Shown piece by piece: positions 38,991-50,996 of a stretch of 64,000 nucleotides of DNA. The notes under the pieces are model-generated. The model was not told the origin of the DNA and searched no databases. It was given only the letters and a program-made list of their open reading frames with translations. A program made the translations under genes and the position numbers. The stretch is from Octopus sinensis. Taxonomy: Eukaryota. Location: contig NC_043019.1 in NCBI RefSeq assembly GCF_006345805.1, forward strand, positions 20,583,360 to 20,647,359, in the 5' to 3' direction. Position 1 is the first letter of the stretch, and each line of letters begins with the position of its first letter.

Positions 38991-39029
<39 letters not shown>

Positions 39030-39216
39030 GTAGCAAAAAAATTCTAGAAAAAATTCTCCGCTACCAGCGGTCTAGTGAGAAAGGCCTATCAGGGCCATTC
39101 CTTATATTGTTGAATATATATATATATATATACATATATATGTATATATATTTCGTTTTTGGATTTGGTTTGCAAGATTCTTTATATGAGAAAATGACTC
39201 TCCCCAGACACAACAG

Positions 39217-39276
<60 letters not shown>

Positions 39277-39950
39277 GCACGCACACACATACAGAGAGAT
39301 TTATATAAGCCTATATATACATCATCGAAAGTTTGTGTGTATATATATATATACATGTAGATGTCGGTACGTACATATATGTTTGTATGTATGCATATAT
39401 TTTATTTATTACACTATATATATATATATATCCTATCTGGTTCTCTAGCGACGGTGCCAACTCGCCGTAAGTGTGTGTGTGAATGTAGTGTCTGTGCGTG
39501 TCCTACGACAGGGACACAACGCCTTTAGGCCTTTAGTAATAGGAATTCATTATATATATACATTAACCTGCATCTATTATATATAGACACATTTTATATA
39601 CATACATATATACACGAATATAAACACGATGTGAAGAGCGGAAAGTGTATATACATTACCATGAAAACTGTCAATGTAGAATGTAGTAAATATATATTCT
39701 CTCCTGTGGTGTATAGTTTGGTTGTTATGATTAAATATTTGAATAAAGGAGGAACTCAATTAATGCAGAGTCGTCTTCGTCTTCGTCGTCCTGGATGGAG
39801 ATGAACGCCGGAGCATTTTTTCCCAGTCCACCGTAGAGGTCAGCGAGTGTCGTCGTCGTTGAGAGGAGCAACAGTTTTTAAAATATGCTCGTAAATCACA
39901 CCAGGAAGAGAGAAGGAAACTGAGAGGACGAAACTAAAAGGGGGGAAAAA
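38600..39950 (-). promoter_or_regulatory. Candidate CpG-rich promoter and non-coding first exon of GPD2 (possibly bidirectional)
   Basis: Unique, visibly CpG-retaining sequence. Minus-strand initiator-like TCAGT (39923-39919) and TTAGT (39937-39933) are followed by a pyrimidine/GAC-rich leader and a candidate donor CATG|gtaatg at 39660. There is also a plus-strand GCC|gtaagt at 39467. No transcript evidence. Confidence 0.4.
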
Positions 39951-40589
39951 ATGGAAATTTTGTTGTTGTTTTTTGGTTTTCACTCAGAGTTATCTCCCCT
40001 GACCTCTATTGATTAATTATCTGTTAATTAACAATTCTTGTCTTATATACCCCCTCTTCCTCCCACGCTAAACTAAAACTATTTCATTATACGTCCTTGA
40101 CATTGTGTTTGACAAGCTGTTTTAATTGTGGAGACGGGATTTTTTTCCTTTTTTGAACGGCACATGTCAACGCAATTTCTAGTTAACTTAAACACTTTTA
40201 AACTTCGTATACTGGTAGAATGTGTCAAAATAAACATTTTTTTCTCTTGGCTTTCTTAATAAAATTGTAATTCGTTTGTTTAACGTAGTTTAATTTTTCG
40301 AATTTTAACCAATGAATCGCCTCTAGTGAGCTAAAATCATTTGCTGCGTCTAAAACTGAGACAACATCATGTCACTAACCCTAACCCTAAGTTTTTTTTC
40401 TTAATTGTTATCCTTAAATTAATTTAACAATTAAGAAAAAAAAAATTAGGAAGCATGGAAGTTTTGAAGGATGCAATGCTCCGACAACTAACAACTGATG
40501 CCGGCAGTTTGTTCCATGCTTCAGCAACTCTTAGCGTGAAAAAATGTTTCCGAAAGTCATGGGAGCTGTGCTGTTTTCTGACTTTGTAA

Positions 40590-40925
40590 ACATGCCAAAC
40601 TTTGGCATCGAGAGTTACACAAATGCTAGAACTGGGTGCCACTGCATAGTGCCAAGGACTCCAAATTTGCCATCAAGATGTAGGACAAGATACTGTGATA
40701 ACCTGGGCTTCAGAGGCCCACAGCTCTTCAATATCCTCTCGAAGAACCTGAGAGACCTGCATGGGGTGGATGCAGATGTCTTTAAAATAAAACTGGATCT
40801 CTTCCTGTCAGGTGTCCCAGACGAACCAACTTCATGGCAGGAGGTGCAGATGAGGGCAGCTGCATCGAACTCTCTCATGCACCAAATGGCAATTGCTAAA
40901 AAGCATTCGAAAAGTAAAATCCTGT
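40590..40925 (+). mobile_element. L2/Crack-like LINE 3' fragment
   Basis: RGPQLFNILSKNLRDL...FKIKLDLFLSGVPDEP...AASNSL C-terminal motif. Confidence 0.7.
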
Positions 40926-40994
40926 AGCAACATCAAATGGCGGTGCCCCAGCATGGCCACAGCTCATGAGCTGAAACTAGATAAAATAAAATAA

Positions 40995-42015
40995 ATGTCC
41001 ACGGATGTTAGACAGGTGGAGTTTGAAAAGGTGCTCAGAGTTATTGTTAGTAAGATGGTTGATAATTTTATGGGTGTCTACCAAGTCAGCTGCCAGACGT
41101 TGAACAACAGGCCTGAATTTGTTGCATTAAAGGATATGTTGTCATCAATGGGTTGCAGAGGAATTGAGACACCTGCTTACAGTCCAGCATCCAATGGCAC
41201 TGCTGAAAGGGTTGTACAACCTGTGAAAGCTGCACTGCAGCATTTTGATCCAAAGACAGGGAATTTCGGCAACTACTTGAACAAAATTTTCTTCAACCAT
41301 TGGAGTGCCTCGGGTGGTTGTTAAGTTAAGTTAAGTTAATTTTTTGGCTCAAAAAGCAAAAAGCAAGGCCATGTAGGGGGACATGGAGTTATGTACAGGG
41401 TGGTGTTCATGCAAAGAGTTCAGGCCATTTGTGGTCAAGGGAGACTTTGAACCGAGCGGTCGTCGGCATCTTCACTATCTCGTCCGGCAGCTTATTCCAC
41501 GGATCCGCAAACCCAGACAGAGAAAGCCCCTCTCCTTCAACTGAGACGAAATCGTCGCAGATAGAGCTTTTCGGAGTGACCCCACAGCCGACGCTCTGGA
41601 CCAGGAGTGAAGAACAGCTCTCTCGAGAGGTTACACTTTCCACTTATGATGTTGTGAGCAAGAATGAGATCACTGCGGCGGCGGCGTTTTTCTAGAGAAT
41701 AAAGGTCGAGCGTCTTCAGCCTTTCTTCATAAGACAAATGCTTGAGACCAAATTGTAAATTATCACTGGCCAAAAAGTTAATGAAAAGACCATTGAGGGT
41801 TGCTGTAAACCCATTCTTTGAAATAGGTGAGGATGTAATGCACAAAACCATGTTCGACAAGGTTGCATCTAAGGTAAAATATGTGAAACGTGTTGGAAAG
41901 TATACTGCATAGATTAAGGAGGAGGGTTGCCCACTGCAAATGGTAGCAGTTGAGCAACTGGCCCTGCTAAATACCCAGGAACCAGAACTAGAATTGAGCA
42001 CAACACCTGGCACAA
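40995..42015 (+). mobile_element. Gypsy-type integrase fragment interrupted by a CR1 insertion
   Basis: NNRPEFV...TPAYSPASNGTAERVVQPVKAAL (rve core) in 40995-41324. Removing the insert rejoins in frame (GGC-KLSLAKKLMKRPLR...) and continues through about 41757-42015. Confidence 0.7.
41330..41755 (-). mobile_element. CR1-like LINE 3' end with (TTAAC)n tail
   Basis: LKHLSYEERLKTLDLYSLEKRRRRSDLI...GHSEKL...FSVRVADPWNKLP...FKVSLD. Confidence 0.85.
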
Positions 42016-42016
42016 T

Positions 42017-42438
42017 GGTTCACACTGAGCTGGCAGAATCGTTAGCACGCCGGGCGAAATGCGTAGCCGTTATGTTCTGAGTTCAAATTCCGCCAAGGTC
42101 GACTTTGCCTTTCATCCTTTCAGGGTCGATAAATTAAGTACCAGTTATGCACTGGGGTCGATATAATCGACTTAATCCGTTTTTCTGTCCTTGTTTGTCC
42201 TCTCTGTGTGTAGTCCCTTGTGGGTAGTAAAAAAAAAAATAGGTATTTCGTCTGCCGTTACGTTCTGAGTTCAAATTCTGCCGAGGTCGACTTTGTCTTT
42301 CATCCTTTCGGGGTCAATTAAATAAGTACCGGTTACGCACTGGGGTCGATGTAATCGACTTAATCCGTTTTTCTGTCCTTGTTCGTCCCCTCTGTGTTTA
42401 GCCCCTTGTGGGTAGTAAAGAAATAGGTTCACACTGAG
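42017..42438 (+). mobile_element. SINE S2 tandem dimer with 13-bp TSD GGTTCACACTGAG
   Basis: TSD at 42017-42029 and 42426-42438; internal junction aaataggtatttcgtc near 42240. Confidence 0.85.
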
Positions 42439-42680
42439 TCTGCAAGGATGCCTAACAATGATGGTAAAACCATAACAAGTCCCCAGACTAGGCAAAACAC
42501 CAACACCAGAGTTATAGAATTGGAGCAGCTTATTATTAACAATGCTAGCCATTGAAGATCGAATATGAAAATTTCATCAAATCCCCAACTGAGACAAGGT
42601 CCAAGAATTGTAGCAGGATGTAAAAAGCCAAAATATTTCGAGGAGGAATAGTGTGATAGTTGCATTGGTTTGCTGATTGT

Positions 42681-43128
42681 GGTATCCTAATATACAAGGT
42701 GGCGAGCTGGCAGAAACATTAGCACGCCAGGCGAAATGCTTAGCAGTATTTCGTCTGCCGCTACGTTCTGAGTTCAAATTCCACCGAGGTCGACTTTGCC
42801 TTTCATCCTTTCGGGGTCGATTAAATAAGTACCAGATGAATACCGGGGTCGATGTAATCGACTGAATCCGTTTGTCTGTCCTTATTTGTCCCCTTTGTGT
42901 TTAGCCCCTTGTGGGTAGTAAAGAAATAGGTATTTTGTCTGCCACTACGTTCTGAGTTCAAATTCCACCGAGGTTGACTTTGCCTTTCATCCTTTCGGGG
43001 TCGATTAAATAAGTACCAGTTACGTACTGGGGTCGATATAATCGACTTAATCCGTTTGTCTGTCCTTGTTTGTCCTCTCTGTGTTTAGCCCCTTGTGGGT
43101 AGTAAAGAAATAGGTATCCTAATATACA
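42681..43128 (+). mobile_element. SINE S2 tandem dimer with 16-bp TSD GGTATCCTAATATACA
   Basis: TSD at 42681-42696 and 43113-43128; internal junction aaataggtattttgtc near 42928. Confidence 0.85.
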
Positions 43129-44412
43129 TATAGAAATCTCAAAGGAAATCTTGTGCAACCACGCAGAAATCATGAGATGAAAGATGAATGAACTGGGAGC
43201 CATAAAAGGGGTGATACCGCTACACATGTGAAAGATGATGTTAGGAACTGTACAGCATGGCCCTTGGAAGTGAGCTGTGTAACTTGTAGTTATGAACTTC
43301 AATATATTTTCTGAGTGAAACACAATAATATCTATTTCAAGATCCCCTTAAAATGATTTATTTTACGTTGCTATTTTATTCCATGGAAACCCTTCAGTCA
43401 AGTGGCTAATTGTATTAGAGAAATTCATTTATTGACATATTTGACTTCCACTAAAGATCTTAGGCATTTGACCCTTTAGCGTTCAAATTAATATGTCAAA
43501 AGTAATCTTTATTCATTTACATTTTAAAAAATTAATCTGGTATTATCTTGTAGCTTCAACATTTGAAAGATGTAGTTGTTTATTTTTAGAATGACATTGC
43601 AGGGTAGGTGTGAGATACTGGTTCTGGCCAGTTTGAGCATAAAATGAGTAGAATATTTGGGCCGGATATAGCCAGTTTAAACACTAAAGGGTTAAGCTAG
43701 AATGTCTTTTGCAGTCATTGACTTGTTAAAAATGCCAGTCAACAACCCTCCATGAAACCACACCCTTTCCATTTCAAAAAAAAAAGAAAGAAAGAAAAAA
43801 GAATTTATTGGATAATGTAGTTGACTGTGTCTAGAAGTAAAGAAGGGATCGCCACAGTTAGAGCCCCTATCAACGCTGACTTGCTGCTAAATAACAAAAT
43901 CAATATTTAAGTTGCTATTGTAAGGTGAATATATCCTTTACTATTGAATTAAGTCAGGCGTGAAGCCGGTTTATTTCACTCATGCAGCTAATTCTCCTTC
44001 AGTGTCATGCCCAGCGTTTATAATTATTTACATTCCGCCCTGTTGACAAGATTGTTTACTGCCTGTCATAGTTAAATTTATCTGAGAGCGATAAAATAAA
44101 GTACCAGTTGAGTACTAAGAGCAATGTCATCCTCAATGCCCCACAATTCACTAGTTTGTGACCTCGTGCCTGTGTTAGAAATCAATAAACCAGAGCATGA
44201 CTTACTAGTTGATAATTTTGCTTCACAATTAGGATATCAAATCGACTTCTACCATTGTGAAGGAAAAATTGGGTTGACGATAGATTACTGCTGTTGTATA
44301 GTAATCAAAAACATTTCTAGGTTAACTTGCTGTACAAATAATGACTGCCTTTTGTTTTTTGCTATAATATTTGCTTCTTTCACAATACAATTCAAAACAT
44401 ATATGTAGGCTT

Positions 44413-44839
44413 TGTACCGCGGATCATTTCGGTTTGAACGGCAGTTTTTTCTAGCGGTGTCATACGAAATTGTCACCCATAATTATGACCCTAGTATCGA
44501 TCTATGGCATTTCAATCTGTTTTAGGGTTAGGGGTGGGGGGAAGGGTATATTTTTTTTATTCACAAATGAAATTAACCCAATCTGTTTCTTAAACGAGGG
44601 ACATATTCATACGGCACAGAATGTTTTTTACCTCAATAGACGTCAGTGATTGGTTGAAATTACAGAAATTGAAGAAAAGAAACAACAAATATCTTACAAA
44701 CTATAGAATTTTCCCAATAAAGCCAAGAGAAAAAGATGTTTTATAAACACATTCTACCTGTATACAAAGTTTAAAATTTTTTAGTTACCTAGAAATTATG
44801 CTAAAAACTGCCGTTCAAACCGAAAAGATCCTGTACCGC
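44413..44839. mobile_element. MITE with about 28-bp TIRs and a perfect 8-bp TSD (Merlin- or hAT-like); related degraded copy about 40035-40440
   Basis: TIRs GGATCATTTCGGTTTGAACGGCAGTTTTT (44421) and AAAAACTGCCGTTCAAACCGAAAAGATCC (ends 44831); TSD TGTACCGC at 44413-44420 and 44832-44839. Confidence 0.85.
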
Positions 44840-44844
44840 ATATT

Positions 44845-45610
44845 TATAGATGACTATGATGAACAAGAGGGAGCTGAACACCAATCCTTGGTGAACCCTT
44901 ACTTATACCCTGAATTCTTTGCTGTACTCATTGCCCACCCTCACCTTACTGGTAGCGTCCCTGTTGGCTCTCACCAGCCACTTGTCTATCCCGAGTTTCT
45001 GCATGGGCCACCAGATAAGGGATCGGGTTACTCTGTCAAAAGCTTTCTTCAAGTCAACAAAATCCAAGTTTATCTTTGGCTAGGTATTTCTCCTGCAGTT
45101 GCCTTACCAGAGATATAGCATCAGTGGTGCTTTTCTCTGGCACAAAACCAAACTGCATCTCATCTAGACTGACTCTCCCTAATTAGTTGGGCTATGACTC
45201 TCTCTCTCTCTGTAACTTTCTTCATCTGATCCAGCAATTTGATACCTCTAATTATTTCTAAGGCATCATCTTTAACTTTGTAGCAGTTGACTATGATGCT
45301 GCTACACCAGTCATTGGGTATGACTCCTTCACGAACCACCTGATTTACAAAACAGGTAACTAGACCATAATCCACACTGCCAGATATTTTAAGCATCTCA
45401 GCGGTGATTCCTGATGGCCTGGGGGCTTTCCTTGTCTTCAAATCCTTAATTGCTTTATCTGCCAGGGTACTGTTGATTCAGAAAGCTGGTCCCTCAATTA
45501 GGTCAACATTTGGCAGATTCTCCTCCTCCCATTCATCCTCCATGTTCAGCAGTCTTTCATAATGGCATCTCCAAGCCACTCTCCTCATAAGCAAGTGCAC
45601 CATCATCCAT
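44845..45610 (-). mobile_element. RTE-type LINE reverse transcriptase fragment
   Basis: KAPRPSGITAEMLK...IPNDW...YK...RGIKLL followed by KAFDRVPR...VHQGLVLSPLLF RT subdomains, frameshifted. Confidence 0.8.
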
Positions 45611-45799
45611 GCAGACACATTTCTCCCCTATAACATCACAATTTTCTTTCACACACTGTCTTGCAATCCATTACTGTAGGTCTGGAAGGAAATTTGCACC
45701 ATCCACAGATTTGGTCTGTGGCACTCAGCAAGCTGTCTACACAAAAATTTCCAGTTACCCTCTATATCACAAGTTTGTAGCTCCCCCTGCCCCTCACTG

Positions 45800-47260
45800 A
45801 ATTTCTCTATTAGGATGTTCCTAAATTTCTGACCATATGAAGGTCCTTAAGCTTCCAAATCCTTCTTTTCCAGATTGGTCTGCTTCTTGGCATCCTTCTA
45901 GCCTATAAAGTTGACACCTTGGGCCATTACTGTTCATAATAGCCCTCTTAGACATGCCTACAGTATAGTCACCACTAAAACCTTCCCAGATATCATACCA
46001 TGGGGTTTCCTGTGAGGAAGCCATCTTTTTTGGAAGAGGGATCTTATCTTGTGGCATACACAAGCTGTTTCTTTGGCAAACTTAAAGAAATCTTTAGGGT
46101 TTGACTTTATATTTTCTATAACCCAAGCATCTATATCTGCTCTCTCTCCTGTTCATGAGACTGATGCAGTCTTTGTCCGTCGTCTCATAATAATCTTCCT
46201 TACCCTAGGGATCCTATTTTTGTGTATGTTGACCTTGCACAATAGGACAGATTTGTCGCATATGGCTTGCATTATGAACAAGAAACGTTTGTGTTTCATG
46301 TCAATGCCTGGTGTGGAGAGACATTTAGGCCAATCCTGTTTCAGGATCTCTTTCTCAATCAAATTCCAATTTGCTTTATGAAAATTCAATTTGGAGAGAG
46401 GCTGTGCATCTGCAGGGGCTTTTGGCCCATACATAGACAACTCTATTATGTTGTGGTGTGAAACCAGCATCAGTGTAACTTTAACATTGTGGATAATGTC
46501 CATATTATTTGTGAAGCAGAGATCCAGTATATTATTTATCCTGGTTGGTTGTAGCAGTTTGCTCCATGAAAGAAGCATTGGTAAGGTGGGGCAGGGACTC
46601 CACCTATGCTTGCTGGTGGTTTCATTCCTGGGAGCATTTAGCCCCCAGGCCATCCCACATTGGGGAAGTTAAAGTCACCCAAAAGAAATACACTGATGTG
46701 TTGTTCAAGTTTGGTGAGAACTATCTTTGCTAGGCAGCCTTCAAACTTACCTGTATGACTTGGAGCATCCGGTGAGCGTTATGTGGTACATATAACAATA
46801 TTAAGTTGTTTTATGTGTACAGTTTGAGTGTCACACACCGAATTTGAATATGACAATAGGACCTGGGGCATGAGGTCCTCTTGGGTGTACACAGCAACTC
46901 CACCATGGCTCGTCTCCTTTCTGTCTGAGTGTATGACAACATAGTGTGGTATGTGTATTTCTGCATCCCCTATATCAGGTCTAAGATGCGTTTCTACAAG
47001 TGCCATGCATAAAGCTTGATTGCATGCCGCAAGGTCACTCAGAAATGAGATTTTTGTTTTACAGTTGTCATGCAACAGCCCTCCTATATTCAGAAGAAAT
47101 ATTTTTGTGATGTGTGTGTTGGTGTTAGTAGTCCCAGGTTTGTGTTTAAAGCCAGGTCAGTTGCTGGACAATCCTTTGTGCCATGCACAAAAAAGATTGC
47201 TGTTCAGCTGGAGATACATTCATTAAACTGTGGCCCTGCCTTGAAGAAGTTTTAGTGAAA
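45800..47260 (-). mobile_element. CR1/L2/Crack-group LINE ORF2 fragment (APE endonuclease and linker)
   Basis: ALVETHL...SDRK...HGGVAVY, LLGDFNFP, PTRINNILDLCFTN and NFHKANW motifs across ORFs 46779 and 46153. Confidence 0.8.
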
Positions 47261-49193
47261 TGAATCAACCACACTACTTATTTTTCTTTCTTTTAAGCCA
47301 GGTATTTGTAATGGTCTCTTGCCAACTAAGTTACAAGGACACAAACACATTAACACCAGTTGTCAAATGATGTTGGGGGGGTCAATCACACACACACATA
47401 TGACAGGCTTCTTTCAGCTTCCATCTACCAAATTCACTCAAGGTTTTGGTTGGCCTGAGGTTATAGAAGACACTTTCCCAAGGTGCCATGCAGTCAGACT
47501 AAACCAGGAACTATGTTGTGGGGAAGAAAACTTCTTACCACACAGCCATGCTTGCATATATGTATATATCTATATATGATGATGATGATGATGATATATA
47601 TATCAAGCAGTTTGAGTTTTTATCTACTAAATACATTGACAAGGCTTTTGGTCAGTTTAGTGCTATATAGTAAAGACATTTGCCCAAGGTGCCATGCAGA
47701 GGAACTGAACCTGAAACCATGTGGTTAGGAGGCAAACATCCTCACCACATGGCCATACCAGTGCCTATGAATATAGGTGCAGGTATGGTGTGGCAAAAAG
47801 TTTGCTTCCCAACTATATGGTTTCTTGTTCAGTCCTATTGCATGGCAACTCAGTCAAAGTGTTTACTACTATAGCTTCAGGTCAACCAAAGCCTTGTGGA
47901 ACTGGTAATGGAAACTGAAAGAAGCCCATTAAGTGTGAGTATTTGCGAAGAACTGTTGAGGCAAGTGAAATCGAAATTGATCAAAAATCAATGGAAATTG
48001 CAGTTGTGATACCAGTGCCAGTGGCACATAAAAAGATCCATCCGAATGTGGCCATTGCCAGCCCCGCCTCGACTGGCCTCCGTGCTGGTGGCACATAAAA
48101 AGCACCAACCAATCGTGGCCATTGCCAGCCTCGCCTGGCACCTGTGCCGGTGGCACGTAAAAAGCACCCACTACACTCATGGAGTGGTTGGCGTTAGGAA
48201 GGGCATCCAGCTGTAAAAACACTGCCAGATCAGACTGGAGCCTGGTGCAGCCTCCTGGCTTCTCAGACCCCAGCTGAACCGTCAAACCCATGCTAGCATG
48301 GAAAGCGGATGTTAAACAATGATGATGATGATGTTTGTCCTCCCACCCACCACTTGAGAACCGGTGCTGATTTGCTTTATGTTTCTGTGACTTAACAGTC
48401 AGGCAAAAGAAACTGAAACAAAATATATACTAAAGTTGATTTCATCATCATCATCATCATTGTTTAACGTCTGTTTTCCACGTTAGCATGGGTTGGACGG
48501 TTCAACCGGGGTCTGCTCCAGGCTCCAGTCTGATCTGGCAGTGTTTCTACAGCTGGATGCCCTTCCTAACGCCAACCACTCCGCGATTTGTGTGACTAAA
48601 ACCCTTCAAAGTAGTGCCCCAGTATGGCCGCAGTCAAATGACTGAAACAAGTAAAAGATAGAAGAAAAGAATGTATTTATACTCATATACACTGTACAGA
48701 AATATATGAATATAAATAAATAAATGAAATAATGAAACTTAATATAAAGCAGTTTATTGATGAAAAATATGCATTCAAGAAGTTACAATGTCACATGGTA
48801 ATTAAATGGATAATGAAACTAAAAGGTAAAAAAATAATAATAAACAAAAAAAAACCCAAATAGAGCACTGGGAGAGAAAGAGAGAGAGAGAGAGAATGTG
48901 ATAAAAACAAAAGATATATTGCAAGAATGAGCGAAATGATGTGATCAGTTTAAGGAAAATCTGTATGACGAAAAAAATGTCATGTTTTTAATGTTTTAAG
49001 CAAGCAAAGAGAAATTAGCTTTAATATTAGTTGATTATTATTATTATTATTATTATTATCTTCTATAGGCACAAAACCTGGAATTCTGGGGGATGGGGTT
49101 AGTTGGTGACATCAAACACCCACTATTCCAACTGGTACTTGAGCACTTGGGTTGATGTAACAACATAACCCCTCATCCTCAAATTGTTTTAAA

Positions 49194-49670
49194 ACATTAT
49201 TTACAATTGACGGATATTTGTCTTCATCTTGTTTGTTGTTATCACGTTTCGGCTGATATACCCTCCAGCCTTCATCAAGTGTCTTGGGGTAATTTTGAAC
49301 CTGGGTTCTCATCCTTAAGGTATTTTTCGATATTATCATTATTATTCAGGTCATTACCTGGAATTGAACTTGGAATCTTGGGGTTAGTATCTCGCACTTT
49401 TAACCACTATGCCATATGGCATAGTGGTTAAGAGCGTGGGCTACTAACCCCAAGATTCTGAGTTCAATTCCAGGTAGTGACCTGAATAACAACATCATCA
49501 AAAAATACCTTAGGAATGAGAACCTAGGTTCGAAATTTCCCCAAGATACTTGATGAAGGCTGGAGGGTATATCAGCCAAAATATTGTGTTAACAACAAAC
49601 AAGATGAGGAGAAATATCCATCAATTGTAAATAATGTACATAATTCCTCATCTCTTAAATATAGAACTGT
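49194..49670. mobile_element. Head-to-head pair of a tRNA-Ser-headed, hammerhead-bearing SINE-like element
   Basis: Palindrome centre gccat|atggc at 49415/49416. Arms 49194-49415(-) and 49416-~49670(+) are diverged copies of the element at 56062-56295. Confidence 0.85.
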
Positions 49671-50960
49671 ATAGTTTAAAGATTTAATAAAATTGAAAAA
49701 TACCTAAGATTAAAAATTCATCTCAAAAGCAAAAAAGTATTTTCATATATTAAAAGAAATATTTAAATTTTATAATAAAAAATATTTCTAATTTAGGCAC
49801 AAGGCCATTAATTTTGAAGTGAAGGAAGTTGGTCAGTTGCACTATCCTCCAGTACTTTTAATCAACCTGAGAGGATGAAGGTAAGGTACAGGTGACGTGA
49901 CCACGACAAGATTTGAACTCAGGACATAAGCAATCGAAAGAAAGGCCACAAAGCATTTTGCCCAACTCTCAACAATCCTGCCAATTCATCACTCTTAAAT
50001 TTTGGCACAAGTACTTGAATGTTAGTGTGGTTTATCGACCTTGAAAGGACGAAAAGCAGAGTTGACCCCAGTGGCATTTGAAGTCAATCTAGAACTGGAA
50101 GAAATGTTACTAATCATTTTATCCAATGCACTAACAATTCTGCCATATTTATAATAATAATAATAATAATAATAATAATTCTTTCTACAATAGGCACTAG
50201 GCTTGAAATTGTTGGGGAAAGGACAGACGATTACATTGGTCCCCAGCAGCCAACTGGTACTTATTTTGCTGACCCCAAATTGATGAAGGGCAAAGTTAAC
50301 CTTGGTGGTATTGGGGATTCAGAAAGCAGAGCTGAAAGATATGATGCTAAGCATTTTTCTCTGATGTGCTCATGATTCTGCCAGTTTGCCGCCTTATATA
50401 TCAATAATAATAATAATAATAATAATAGTGACCAAGGCAAACAAAAATGGAAATTAATTAAAAATGAAAAAAAAAAAAAGAGCTGTAGAGATTCTATGCA
50501 GAGAAATGTTACCAAAAAACTATTATATGAAAGTGCACAGGTTAGTTTATATATAAAGAAAATATCAAAGAAGATATATATGCACAATGGGAGGAGGGAA
50601 CTAGGGAAAGAATATTATGTGTTAAGAGCAGTTATTTTTTTATATTTCAATAGAGTGAAGATTGTTAGTGGATAAAATTCAAAAAAGTGCCAACTATTGC
50701 AACTAGGAAAAAAAAATAAAACCAAAAAATATTTTTTTAAACTTTGCTTCAATTTCTGATGGAATAAATGAAAAAATAAATATATACATACATAGGTATG
50801 TATATAGATGTATGTCTTTATATATGTGCATATATGTGTGTGTATAGATTCATGTATGTTTATATATGAAAACTTAGTAACTGCGACTTATTTTAGCCAG
50901 CCTTTCATTATATATATACACACACACACAAATACATGTCTATATGTGAGCATGGATGTA

Positions 50961-50996
<36 letters not shown>

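Noticed and set aside
40375-40390. TAACCC telomere-like repeats (also TTAGGG near 44521)
   Set aside because: Only about 2 units, and they lie inside the Merlin/hAT-like MITE family.
42958-43323. 121-aa minus-strand ORF with acceptor near 43310
   Set aside because: The C-terminal half is SINE sequence; no donor, partner exons or recognisable homology.
49416-49480. Functional tRNA genes at SINE heads
   Set aside because: No acceptor stem or 3' end; the heads are fused to repeat bodies, so they are SINE-derived.
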